From NCBI GenBank assembly GCA_963719225.1, contig CAVRAY010000002.1, positions 320,001 to 384,000 of the forward strand: a stretch of DNA of 64,000 nt, read 5' to 3'. Origin of the DNA: Thermoanaerobaculia bacterium (lineage in GTDB: Bacteria > Acidobacteriota > Thermoanaerobaculia > UBA5066). Made by a program: the position numbers and the translations under genes. The notes beneath the pieces were generated by a model. It had not been told where the DNA came from and did not search any database. It worked only from the letters and a program-made list of their open reading frames with translations. Below, piece after piece: positions 24,798 through 33,784 of the stretch. Position 1 is the first letter of the stretch. The number at the start of each line of letters is the position of its first letter.

Positions 24798-25535
24798 GTG
24801 AACATTCAGGAAGTCGACGTCCTCGCCTTCTCGCCGCATCCCGACGATGTCGAGCTCGGGTGCGGCGGAACGCTCGCGTCCCTTTCGGCCCGCGGGCTGA
24901 GCTTCGGAATCGTGGACCTCACGCGCGGCGAGATGGGTACGCGCGGGACGGCGGACGTCCGGGCCGCGGAGGCCGCCGAGGCCGCGCGGATCCTCGGGGC
25001 GCGCTTCCGCGAGACGCTCGACCTCGGGGACGGCGGCCTCAGGACGGACCGCGCGGCCGAGCTCCGGGTCGTCGAGGCCGTCCGCCGGGCGCGGCCGCGC
25101 GTCGTCCTTGCGCCGCTTCCCACGGATCGCCATCCGGATCACGCGCGCGCGGGCCGCCTCGTCCCGGAGGCGGCCTGGTACGCGGGCCTCGGGAAGCTCG
25201 AGGCCGGCCTCCCGCCGCACCGCCCCGACCAGGTCCTGTTCTATGCGACGTACGTTCTCGTGATGCCGACGTTTCTGGTGGACGTTTCGCCCACGTTCGC
25301 GACGAAATTGGCCGCCGTTCGCGCGTATCGCAGCCAGTTCCACGACCCGAACTCCGGCGAGCCGGAGACGTATGTCTCTTCGAAGGGCTTCTTCGACGGG
25401 ATCGAGGCGCGCGCGCGGGCGCTCGGGAGGATTGCGAACGTGGACTACGCGGAAGGCTTCGTCTCGAACGCGCCCCCGACGCTCGCGGACCCTGTCGCCG
25501 CGTTTCGCGGGTACGAGGGCGGGAGGAGAACGTGA
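24798..25535 (+). CDS. bshB1: bacillithiol deacetylase BshB1
   Basis: HPDDVELGCGG, DLTRGEMGTRG, HPDH, YRSQF, YAEGF. Confidence 0.93.
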   Translation: MNIQEVDVLAFSPHPDDVELGCGGTLASLSARGLSFGIVDLTRGEMGTRGTADVRAAEAAEAARILGARFRETLDLGDGGLRTDRAAELRVVEAVRRARPRVVLAPLPTDRHPDHARAGRLVPEAAWYAGLGKLEAGLPPHRPDQVLFYATYVLVMPTFLVDVSPTFATKLAAVRAYRSQFHDPNSGEPETYVSSKGFFDGIEARARALGRIANVDYAEGFVSNAPPTLADPVAAFRGYEGGRRT

Positions 25536-26653
25536 AGATCGGCATCACGTGCTATCCCACGTTCGGCGGCTCCGGCGTCGTCGCGACGGAGCTCGGGCAC
25601 GAGCTTGCGCGGCGCGGGCACGACGTGCACTTCCTCAGCTACGCGTTGCCGTCGCGCCTGAACGTCTTCGCAGACCGCGTGACGTACCACGAGGTCTCGG
25701 TGCCCTCGTACCCGCTCTTCCAGTACGCGCCATACGACCTCGCGCTGGCAACGCGGCTGGTCGACGTCGCTCTTCACGAGGGGCTCGACCTCGTCCATGC
25801 CCACTACGCCCTGCCGCACGCGATCTCGGCTCATCTCGCGCGCGAGATGCTCGCCCCGCGTCGGCTCGGCCTCGTGACGACCCTGCACGGCACGGACGTG
25901 ACGATCGTCGGGCAGGACCGGTCGTATCTGCCGATCACGCGTTTCGGCATCGAGAAGTCCGACGTCGTCACCGCCGTTTCCGAGCATCTCCGGAAAGTCA
26001 CGATCGAGGTCTTCCAGCCGAAGAAGGAGATCGAGGTCGTGCCGAACTTCATCGACCCCGATCGCTGGACTCCGGAATCGTCGAAGCTGGCGTGCCGCTT
26101 CGTGCCCGCCGGACGAAAGGTCCTCCTGCACGTTTCGAATTTCCGGCCGGTGAAGCGCGTTCTGGACGTCGTCGAGATCTTCGATCGCCTGCGGCAACGC
26201 GTCCCGGCGACGCTCGTCATGATCGGCGACGGCCCCGATCGCCCGGCCGCCGAGGCGCTCTGCCGCGAGAAGGGCATCGCGTCCTCCGTCTCGTTCCTCG
26301 GGAACATGCCCGCGCTCGAGGCCGTGATGCCTGCCGCGGACCTCTACCTCCTGCCGACCAACTCGGAGTCCTTCGGGCTCTCGGCCCTCGAGGCGCAGGC
26401 CTGCGGGGTCCCCGTCCTCGGATATGCCGTGGGCGGTCTGCCCGAAGTCATCGTGCACGGCGAGACCGGCTTTCTTCGCGAGGTGGGCGACATCGGGGGC
26501 CTCGCCGAGGACGGCGCGAACCTCCTGCAGGACGACACGCGCTACGCGGCGATGTCCCGCGCCTCCCGCGAACGGGCGATCCGCCTCTTCGACGCCCACA
26601 CGATGGTGTCGCGCTATCTCGCGCTGTACGAGAGGGTCCTCGCGGCAGCCTGA
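25532..26653 (+). CDS. bshA: N-acetyl-alpha-D-glucosaminyl L-malate synthase BshA
   Basis: KIGITCYPTFGGSGVVATELG, HAHYALPH, TTLHGTD, HVSNFRPVKR, ESFGLSALEA. Confidence 0.96.
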   Translation: MKIGITCYPTFGGSGVVATELGHELARRGHDVHFLSYALPSRLNVFADRVTYHEVSVPSYPLFQYAPYDLALATRLVDVALHEGLDLVHAHYALPHAISAHLAREMLAPRRLGLVTTLHGTDVTIVGQDRSYLPITRFGIEKSDVVTAVSEHLRKVTIEVFQPKKEIEVVPNFIDPDRWTPESSKLACRFVPAGRKVLLHVSNFRPVKRVLDVVEIFDRLRQRVPATLVMIGDGPDRPAAEALCREKGIASSVSFLGNMPALEAVMPAADLYLLPTNSESFGLSALEAQACGVPVLGYAVGGLPEVIVHGETGFLREVGDIGGLAEDGANLLQDDTRYAAMSRASRERAIRLFDAHTMVSRYLALYERVLAAA

Positions 26654-27609
26654 CGAGAGGTGGCCGCGCAGCGTGCGAGCTCTTTTCCCGTGACGCCCCA
26701 CGACGCGGCGCGGCGGTACTCCCCGGCGAGCGTCGTTCCGAAAAGGCCGGGATCGTCCGTCGAGAGCGACACCCGCATTCCGGCGAGAAGCATCCGGCGG
26801 AGCGGGTGCTCCCGGCCGCGCGAAACGGCGCCTGTCCTCAGGTTCGACGTCGGGCAGACGTCGCATACGATGCCTCCCTTCACGAGCTCCTTCACGAGGC
26901 CCGGGTCCTCGACCGCCCGGATGCCGTGCGCGATCCGCACGGGCTGAAGGAAGCGCAAGGCGTCCGCGACCGACTCCGGCCCCGCCCATTCGCCCGCGTG
27001 CACGACGGGGAAGAGACCCGCTCTCCGCCCTCGCCGATACACGTCCCGGAAGTCGCGCGCGGGGCAGGCCGTCTCGTCCCCGCCGAGGCCGAAGCCCACG
27101 ACACGCGCCCATGGCCTCTCGGCGTGCAGATCGAGGACGCGTGCGGCAGACTCCGGTCCCCAGTGCCGCACGAGATCGAGGAGGATCCGAATGCGGCCGC
27201 GGCCTTTTTCTTCGTGCTCGAGAAAGACGGTCTCCAGCGCGGCTTCGACGGCGAACCAGTCCAGGCCGAGCTTCTCCACGACGGCCGGCGAGACCGTGAC
27301 CTCGGCCCACCGGACGTTCTCCCGGACGAGGCGCGACACCAGCCCCCGCGCGACGAGCGCGTAGTCCGCCGGGCTTCGAAGCAGCCGGCAGACGTCGCGG
27401 TAAAAGTCGAAGAAGGCCTCCTTCGATAAGAGGGTGCGCCGCCGCGCGCGAACGGACGCGAGATCGGGGAAGATGGGATCCGAAGAGCGGGACGAGAGGC
27501 CGACGAGATCGGCCGCCCGGGCGGCTCCCTCGAGGTGCAGGTGAAGCTCCACTTTCGGCGCTGGGACGAATCGGCGGAGGAAGGCGAGGGCGTCTCGTCC
27601 GGGAATCAC
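26614..27609 (-). CDS. add: adenosine deaminase-family protein
   Basis: PKVELHLHLEG, GLGGDE, HAGE, RIAHG, CPTSN, TDDP. Confidence 0.88.
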   Translation of the reverse strand: MIPGRDALAFLRRFVPAPKVELHLHLEGAARAADLVGLSSRSSDPIFPDLASVRARRRTLLSKEAFFDFYRDVCRLLRSPADYALVARGLVSRLVRENVRWAEVTVSPAVVEKLGLDWFAVEAALETVFLEHEEKGRGRIRILLDLVRHWGPESAARVLDLHAERPWARVVGFGLGGDETACPARDFRDVYRRGRRAGLFPVVHAGEWAGPESVADALRFLQPVRIAHGIRAVEDPGLVKELVKGGIVCDVCPTSNLRTGAVSRGREHPLRRMLLAGMRVSLSTDDPGLFGTTLAGEYRRAASWGVTGKELARCAATSRQAAARTLSYSAR

Positions 27610-28068
27610 GCGCGCACATCGTACGAGAGGCCGTTCGAAACCGGGCCGGTCCCCCTCGGCACGCCCCCGAAAGACAGGCTCTGGATACGCGCCGCGGCGT
27701 TCGGCGTGGACTTGATCCTCGTGGCGGGCCTCCCGCTTCTCCTCGCGTCGGTGATCGTCTTCTGCGTCCACGCGTCCTCGCCAGAAGCGCCGGCAGGCCT
27801 CGACGACGGCTACCGGGCGGCCCAGGTGCTGGCGCTCGGCCTCTTCCTCTTCCGCGATGCCGTCGGCGGTAGCCCCGGCAAGAAGCTGTTCGGGTTGCGC
27901 CTCATCCTTCCGGGCGGGGAAAGGGCTGGCGGCCTCCAATCCGTCCTCAGAAACCTTCCCCTTCTCGTTCCCGGGTGGAATCTCGTTGAGCTGGCGTCAC
28001 TTCTGCGTCGCCGGGACGGGCGGCGGCCCGGCGACCGGCTGGCGAGGACGCTGCTCGTCGAAACCTGA
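27535..28068 (+). CDS. RDD family membrane protein (start uncertain)
   Basis: RAAAFGVD, SPGKKLFGLR, LRN, GDRLART. Confidence 0.8.
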   Translation: MQVKLHFRRWDESAEEGEGVSSGNHARTSYERPFETGPVPLGTPPKDRLWIRAAAFGVDLILVAGLPLLLASVIVFCVHASSPEAPAGLDDGYRAAQVLALGLFLFRDAVGGSPGKKLFGLRLILPGGERAGGLQSVLRNLPLLVPGWNLVELASLLRRRDGRRPGDRLARTLLVET

Positions 28069-28126
28069 AGAGCGCCGGGCGAAACTTTCGACCCGGCACC
28101 GCCGTTCTTTAGGGTGGGAGCACCGA

Positions 28127-28951
28127 ATGTCCGAGAATCGATCCAACATCCCCGCGAGGAGGACCCGGCTCTTCCCGGCCCTTTGCGCCCTGGGCATCCT
28201 CCTCGCTCCGGGCCTCAGGGCCGAGGACGCGACCCAGGAGCGGTTCGAGAAGAAGTACGACCTCGCGGGCATCCGCAAAGTCAGGATCCAGAACGTGAAC
28301 GGTCCGATCCAGATCGAGTCGGGGGGCGACCAGCTCCACGTCGTGGCGGTCAAGAAAGTGAAGTCGGCATCCGACTCCGATCTCCTCAAGGACACCGAGA
28401 TCCGGGTGACGAAGTCCGGAAGCCTGATCGAGGTGGAGTCGATCCTCCCGAAGCGCGGGGGGTTCTTCCAGTGGTCGTTCTTCGGACGCGCCAGCGCGGC
28501 GGACGTCTCGTACCAGATCACGCTGCCCGCCGCGCTCGCGCTCGAAGCCGAGACGGTGAACGGCCGTCTCGCGGCCACGAACCGCGCGGGCGACCTCGTC
28601 CTGTCGACGGTCAACGGCGGAGTCCGCGTGGACGGCCACGACGGGCCGCTGAAGGTGAACACCGTCAACGGCTCGGTCGAGGTCTCGTTCGCCGGCCCGA
28701 TGCGCCAGGCGAGCCTCGAAACCGTCAACGGCTCGGTCACCGTCACGTGTGCGCGCGAGTCGTCCATTCGCTGCACGCTCCAGACGACGAATGGGCGCAT
28801 CCAGTCGCAGTTTCCGGAAGTCACGGTCGAGGGCAAGTGGGGCCCGAAAGAGGCTCGCGGCGCGATCAACGGCGGCCGGGAAAGCCTCGCGGTCGAGACC
28901 GTGAACGGAGACGTGCGCCTCTTCGTGGCCGACGCGGCGGTGAAGAAGTAG
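28127..28951 (+). CDS. secreted DUF4097 beta-strand-repeat protein
   Basis: Signal peptide plus repeated TVNG motifs. Confidence 0.88.
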   Translation: MSENRSNIPARRTRLFPALCALGILLAPGLRAEDATQERFEKKYDLAGIRKVRIQNVNGPIQIESGGDQLHVVAVKKVKSASDSDLLKDTEIRVTKSGSLIEVESILPKRGGFFQWSFFGRASAADVSYQITLPAALALEAETVNGRLAATNRAGDLVLSTVNGGVRVDGHDGPLKVNTVNGSVEVSFAGPMRQASLETVNGSVTVTCARESSIRCTLQTTNGRIQSQFPEVTVEGKWGPKEARGAINGGRESLAVETVNGDVRLFVADAAVKK

Positions 28952-28982
28952 CCGCCTGCGGCTCCCCTCGGGCGAAAAGAAG

Positions 28983-29067
<85 letters not shown>

Positions 29068-29102
29068 ACGGTGCCGCGAGGGACGGGGATTCTAACCGAA
29101 AA

Positions 29103-29474
29103 CTATTTCGTGGCAGGAGGCACGGGAGCCGGGACCGAAGGCGCCGTGCCCGCCGGAGGGGCCGGAACGCCGGCCGAGGCGGGCGCCGGGACGGCGGCCT
29201 TGGCCGGGGCGGAGGCCTTCGCCTTCGCGAGGACCGACGACCTCGGCCGGGCCTGGATCAGCGAGATCACGACCGCGAGGATGGAGAACGCGACGAACGA
29301 CCAGGTCGTGATCTTCTCGAGGAGCGTCGTGGCGCCGCGCGCGCCGAAAGTCGTCTGGGAAGAGGATGCGCCGAAGGCGGCCGACACGTCGGCCCCCTTT
29401 CCCTGCTGGAGAAGGACGACGAGGATCAAAAAGACGCAGACGATGACGTAAATGGGCACGAGGACGTAGATCAT
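29103..29474 (-). CDS. secG: preprotein translocase SecG
   Basis: VLLQQGKGAD..AFG, two TM helices; tpiA-secG-tRNALeu order. Confidence 0.95.
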   Translation of the reverse strand: MIYVLVPIYVIVCVFLILVVLLQQGKGADVSAAFGASSSQTTFGARGATTLLEKITTWSFVAFSILAVVISLIQARPRSSVLAKAKASAPAKAAVPAPASAGVPAPPAGTAPSVPAPVPPATK

Positions 29475-29539
29475 TTCGGTGATGCTCCGGACCCCCGGGG
29501 ACGGGCCCGGGGGGCCGGAGATGATAGCGGAATCTCCGG

Positions 29540-30304
29540 TCAGACGCTCGGCGCGGCCGCGGCGGCAAGGAGCAAGGCGGTGTCGGAGGCCGAAAGGGAG
29601 GCGCCCCCGACGAGGCCGCCGTCCACCTCGACTTTCGCGAAGAGTCCCCGTGCGGTCCCGGGCGAAACGGAGCCTCCGTAGAGAATCCGCGTCGTCCGGG
29701 CGGCCGGCTCGCCGAAGCGGGCGGCAAGCTCTCCGCGGAGGTGTGCATGGGCGGCGGCGGCCGTTTCAGGCGTCGCGGCAAGTCCCGTCCCGATGGCCCA
29801 GACGGGCTCGTAGGCGAGCGCGAGACCGGGAGGAGGCGCGGCGAACGCGTCGAGCGCCGCGAGCTGGGCCCGAAGGACGTCCTGGGTGCGCCCTTCCTCA
29901 CGTTCTCTTCGCGTCTCTCCGACACAGTAGAGCGGGGCGAGCCCTTCCTCCGAAAGCCTGGCCATCTTGCGCGCGAAGTCCGCCTCGCGCTCTCCCCTGA
30001 GGAGGCGCCTTTCGCTGTGGCCCACGAGCACGAGCGAAACGCCGGCGTCCTTCAGCATCGCGGCGGAGACCTCTCCCGTGAACGCGCCCTCACGCTCGAG
30101 GTACACGTCCTGGGCCGCGAGCGCGATGCCGGTTCCGAGGAGGGCCTCGCGAACCCGATCGAGCGCCGGGAACGAGGGGGCGATCGCGACGTCGACGTCG
30201 GCAGGTCGCGCGAGAGCGGCGATCGCGCGCGCCAGCAGCGCGGCGGCCGACGGCGTGCGCGTCATCTTCCAGTTCGCGACGAAAAGGCGCCGGCGCTCCC
30301 TCAC
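29540..30304 (-). CDS. tpiA: triosephosphate isomerase
   Basis: [33 protein letters not shown]. Confidence 0.97.
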   Translation of the reverse strand: MRERRRLFVANWKMTRTPSAAALLARAIAALARPADVDVAIAPSFPALDRVREALLGTGIALAAQDVYLEREGAFTGEVSAAMLKDAGVSLVLVGHSERRLLRGEREADFARKMARLSEEGLAPLYCVGETRREREEGRTQDVLRAQLAALDAFAAPPPGLALAYEPVWAIGTGLAATPETAAAAHAHLRGELAARFGEPAARTTRILYGGSVSPGTARGLFAKVEVDGGLVGGASLSASDTALLLAAAAAPSV

Positions 30305-31491
30305 CGCAGGGCTTCCACTCCGGGCAGCGCCATGCCGGCGACGAGATCGAGCGAGGCTCCCCCTCCCGTCGACACGTGCGACATCCGGGCGGAGAGGCCC
30401 GCCTCCTTCACGGCTTCGACGCTTTCGCCGCCGCCCACGACCGTGAACGCCGAGGATTCAGCGAGGATCTTCGCGACGGCGAGGGTGCCCTGCTCGAACG
30501 GCGTCGTCTCGAAGACGCCCATCGGCCCGTTCCAGAAGATGGTTTTCGCGTCCTTCGTCATGCGGCCGAACATCTCGACGGTCTTTTCCCCGATGTCGAA
30601 AGCGGCGGCGTTTTCGGGGATCGCGTTCATGGCTACGGTCTTCGCCTCGGCGGCTCTTTCGAGGGAGGGCGCCACGACGAAGTCGGAGGGGAGGACGAGC
30701 GAGACTCCGCGCTCCTTGCAGCGGTCGAGAATCTGCCGTGCCACCGGGACGCCCTCCTTCTCGAGGAGCGAGCGGCCCACGGGGAGGGAGAGCGCCGCGA
30801 TGAAATGGTTCGCCATGCCCCCTCCCACGAGGAGGACGTCGGCCTTCTCGACGAGCGTCTTCAGTGCGGCGAGCTTGCCGAGGATCTTCGCGCCGCCGAG
30901 GATCGCCGCGAACGGCCGCTCGATCGAGGTCACGACCTTCGCGAGCGCCTTCAGCTCCCTCTCCATGAGGAGGCCGATGCCGCGCCTGTCCTGCGAAAAG
31001 AGCGCCGCCATGCCGGCCGTCGAGGCGTGTGCGCGGTGGGCCGTGCCGAACGCGTCGTTGACGTAGACGTCGGCGAGAGACGCGAGCTGCCTGCAGAATC
31101 CCGGGTCGTTGGCTTCCTCGCCGGCGTGAAAGCGCAGATTCTCGAGAAGGACGGCCCCGCCGGGCGCGATCCCCGAGACCGCTTTCTCCGCCTCCTCACC
31201 GATGCAATCGTCGGCGAACGCGACGGGGGCGCCGAGCCGCGCCTCCAGAGCGCGTGCCACGGGAGCGAGCGAGTACTTCGGATCGCGCGCCCCCTTGGCC
31301 TTGCCGAGGTGGGAGGCGAGGACGAGGCGGGCTCCCCGCTCGCGGGCGAGGTGGAGCGTGGGCAGTGCCTCGACCACGCGCGTGTCGTCGCGCACGACGC
31401 CGTCCTTGAGCGGCACGTTGAAGTCGACGCGCACGAAGACTCTCTTCCCTTCGAGATCGAGATCGCGGATCGAGCGCGGAAGGTCGGCCAT
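30301..31491 (-). CDS. pgk: phosphoglycerate kinase
   Basis: [43 protein letters not shown]. Confidence 0.98.
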   Translation of the reverse strand: MADLPRSIRDLDLEGKRVFVRVDFNVPLKDGVVRDDTRVVEALPTLHLARERGARLVLASHLGKAKGARDPKYSLAPVARALEARLGAPVAFADDCIGEEAEKAVSGIAPGGAVLLENLRFHAGEEANDPGFCRQLASLADVYVNDAFGTAHRAHASTAGMAALFSQDRRGIGLLMERELKALAKVVTSIERPFAAILGGAKILGKLAALKTLVEKADVLLVGGGMANHFIAALSLPVGRSLLEKEGVPVARQILDRCKERGVSLVLPSDFVVAPSLERAAEAKTVAMNAIPENAAAFDIGEKTVEMFGRMTKDAKTIFWNGPMGVFETTPFEQGTLAVAKILAESSAFTVVGGGESVEAVKEAGLSARMSHVSTGGGASLDLVAGMALPGVEALR

Positions 31492-31555
31492 GGCGTTCTC
31501 CTGTCGGAAAGTCGCGCGCGCGATCTTATGCGCGGGGACCTCTATAGTCTCGTCG

Positions 31556-32653
31556 ATGACTCTGGCAGCCGGGCCCGGAACGCGGGTGACGCCCTACACG
31601 TACGCGGCCGGGCGGTTGCGCCTTCTCGACCAGCGCCGCCTGCCGCACGAGGAGGCCTTTCTCGACTGCGAGAGCGCGGCCCAGACGGCCGAAGCCATTC
31701 GCAGCCTCGCCGTGCGAGGAGCCCCTCTGATCGGAGTCGCCGCCGCTTACGGACTCTGCGCCGAGGCGCGCCGGGTGGCGGCGCGCGTGCCCGACGACCT
31801 CGACGTGGCGCTCCAGCTCGGCGGCGAGAGACTCGTCGCGGCGCGACCCACCGCCGTGAACCTGGCGTGGGCCGTCGGCCGGATGCGCGCCGTCGTCGAA
31901 ACCTCCGCAGGGCGTCACCCCGGCGAGAGGATCCTTCTCCTCGAAGAGGAGGCGAACCGGATCGCCGAGGAGGACCGCCTCGCGTGCCTCGCGATCGGCC
32001 GCCTCGGCGCCGCGTGGCTTCAAGGCCGGTGGGCGGGCGCCTCCGGCGTTCCGGCGGTCCTGACGCACTGCAACGCGGGCGCGCTCGCGACGGCGGGCAT
32101 CGGCACCGCGCTGGGCATCGTGCGGGTGCTGGCGGCCGAAGGCCCAATCGCGATCCTCGCGGACGAGACCCGCCCGTTCCTGCAGGGTGCGCGCCTCACG
32201 GCGTGGGAGCTCAAGCACGACGGGCTCGACGTGACGCTCCTCCCCGACGTCGCGGCCGCCTCGCTGATCGCCCGCGGCCGCGTGCAGGGCGTCGTGGTGG
32301 GCGCCGACCGTATCGCCGCGAACGGTGACGTCGCCAACAAGGTCGGCACGTACGGCCTCGCGCTCGCGTGCCGGGCGCACGGCGTTCCGTTCGTCGTCGC
32401 GGCTCCGACGACGACGATCGATTCGGCGACGGCGGACGGCGCGTCGATTCCGATCGAGGAGCGCGCGTCCCGCGAAGTGGTCTCGCTGCCGCTCCCGGGT
32501 GGAGGCTCGGTGCCCCTCGCGCCCGACGGCGTGCCGGCGCTCTATCCCGCGTTCGACGTCACACCCGCGGCTCTCGTCGACGCGATCGTGACGGAGCGGG
32601 GAGTGTCGGAGCCGCCGCACGCAGATGCGCTTCGACGATTCCTCTCCCGATGA
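31556..32653 (+). CDS. mtnA: S-methyl-5-thioribose-1-phosphate isomerase
   Basis: [41 protein letters not shown]. Confidence 0.96.
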   Translation: MTLAAGPGTRVTPYTYAAGRLRLLDQRRLPHEEAFLDCESAAQTAEAIRSLAVRGAPLIGVAAAYGLCAEARRVAARVPDDLDVALQLGGERLVAARPTAVNLAWAVGRMRAVVETSAGRHPGERILLLEEEANRIAEEDRLACLAIGRLGAAWLQGRWAGASGVPAVLTHCNAGALATAGIGTALGIVRVLAAEGPIAILADETRPFLQGARLTAWELKHDGLDVTLLPDVAAASLIARGRVQGVVVGADRIAANGDVANKVGTYGLALACRAHGVPFVVAAPTTTIDSATADGASIPIEERASREVVSLPLPGGGSVPLAPDGVPALYPAFDVTPAALVDAIVTERGVSEPPHADALRRFLSR

Positions 32654-33732
32654 AGCCGAACGGGACGCTCGTTCTCGGCCTCGAGACGTCGTGTGACGAG
32701 ACGGCCGTCGCGCTGGTGGACGGCGTGGGCGCCGCACGCGCGTCCCTGGTGTCGTCGCAGGAGGAGGCGCATCGCCGGTTCGGCGGCGTCGTGCCCGAGA
32801 TCGCCGCACGCGCGCACCTTCAGAACCTGCCTCCCCTTCTCGACGCGGCGCTTGCCGAGGCCGGCGCGAGCCTTCGGGACGTGACGGCCGTCGCGGCGAC
32901 GGCCGGCCCCGGGCTCGTGGGCGCGCTGCTCGTCGGCCTGTCGGAAGGAAAAGGCCTCGCGCTCGGGCTCTCGGTGCCGTTCATCCCCGTGAACCACATC
33001 GAGGGGCACGCGCTGTCGCCGTTTCTGGACGGCGCGGCGGGGCCGGCCGTTCCGGTGCCGGAGACGTTCGCCGCGCTCGTGGTCTCGGGCGGCCACACGC
33101 ACGTTTTCTGGTTCGAGGCGGGCGAGATCAAGCGCCTCGCGCGGACACGCGACGACGCGGCCGGCGAGGCTTTCGACAAGGTCGCGAAGATGGCAGGCTT
33201 CGGCTATCCGGGCGGCCCCGCCGTGGACCGCCTCGCGCGGCGCGGCCGCGCGGCACGCCCTTTTCCCCTTCCGCACTTCAAGGACGGCTCGCCGGACTTC
33301 AGCTTCTCGGGCCTGAAGACCGCCGCGCGCGAGCGGCTTCTCGAGCTGGGCCGAGCCCCCGCGGCCGGATTCCCGGGCGACCCGTCGCTCCTGGAGGAGG
33401 AGGCCCCGCAGGGCCTCTGCGATCTGATGGCCGACGTGGAAGAGGCGATCGTCGCGCAGCTCCTGAACCGCCTCTCGCGCCTCCACGACGCCGGGCGCTT
33501 CGGAGTCCTCTCGATCTCGGGCGGAGTCGCGGCGAACACGCTCGTGAGGCAGCGCATTCCGGCGTGGGGTGAGACGCGCGGTGTCGACGTCCGGCTCGCC
33601 CCGCGAACGCTTACGGGGGACAATGCCGTGATGATCGCGTTCGCCGCCCTGAGACGCCTCGAGAGCGGGCGCCTCGGCGAGGGGCTCGCGGCCGTCGCCC
33701 GCTCCCGCTGGCCTCTCGAGACCATGTCCTAA
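32650..33732 (+). CDS. tsaD: t6A threonylcarbamoyltransferase TsaD
   Basis: ETSCDET, GGVVPE, HIEGH, VSGGHT, GEAFDK, FSFSGLKT, DNAVMIA. Confidence 0.97.
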   Translation: MKPNGTLVLGLETSCDETAVALVDGVGAARASLVSSQEEAHRRFGGVVPEIAARAHLQNLPPLLDAALAEAGASLRDVTAVAATAGPGLVGALLVGLSEGKGLALGLSVPFIPVNHIEGHALSPFLDGAAGPAVPVPETFAALVVSGGHTHVFWFEAGEIKRLARTRDDAAGEAFDKVAKMAGFGYPGGPAVDRLARRGRAARPFPLPHFKDGSPDFSFSGLKTAARERLLELGRAPAAGFPGDPSLLEEEAPQGLCDLMADVEEAIVAQLLNRLSRLHDAGRFGVLSISGGVAANTLVRQRIPAWGETRGVDVRLAPRTLTGDNAVMIAFAALRRLESGRLGEGLAAVARSRWPLETMS

Positions 33733-33784
33733 GAGCAGGGCCACTGGCCCAAGGATCCAACCGGGCTACCGGGCGATAGTCCCC

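Noticed and set aside
33727-33784. SAM-I riboswitch-like words (AAGAGCAGG, ACTGGCCC)
   Set aside because: No AUC...GAU P1, GCAACC or GGUGC elements; lies between convergent genes; just a small GGGCCA-C-TGGCCC hairpin
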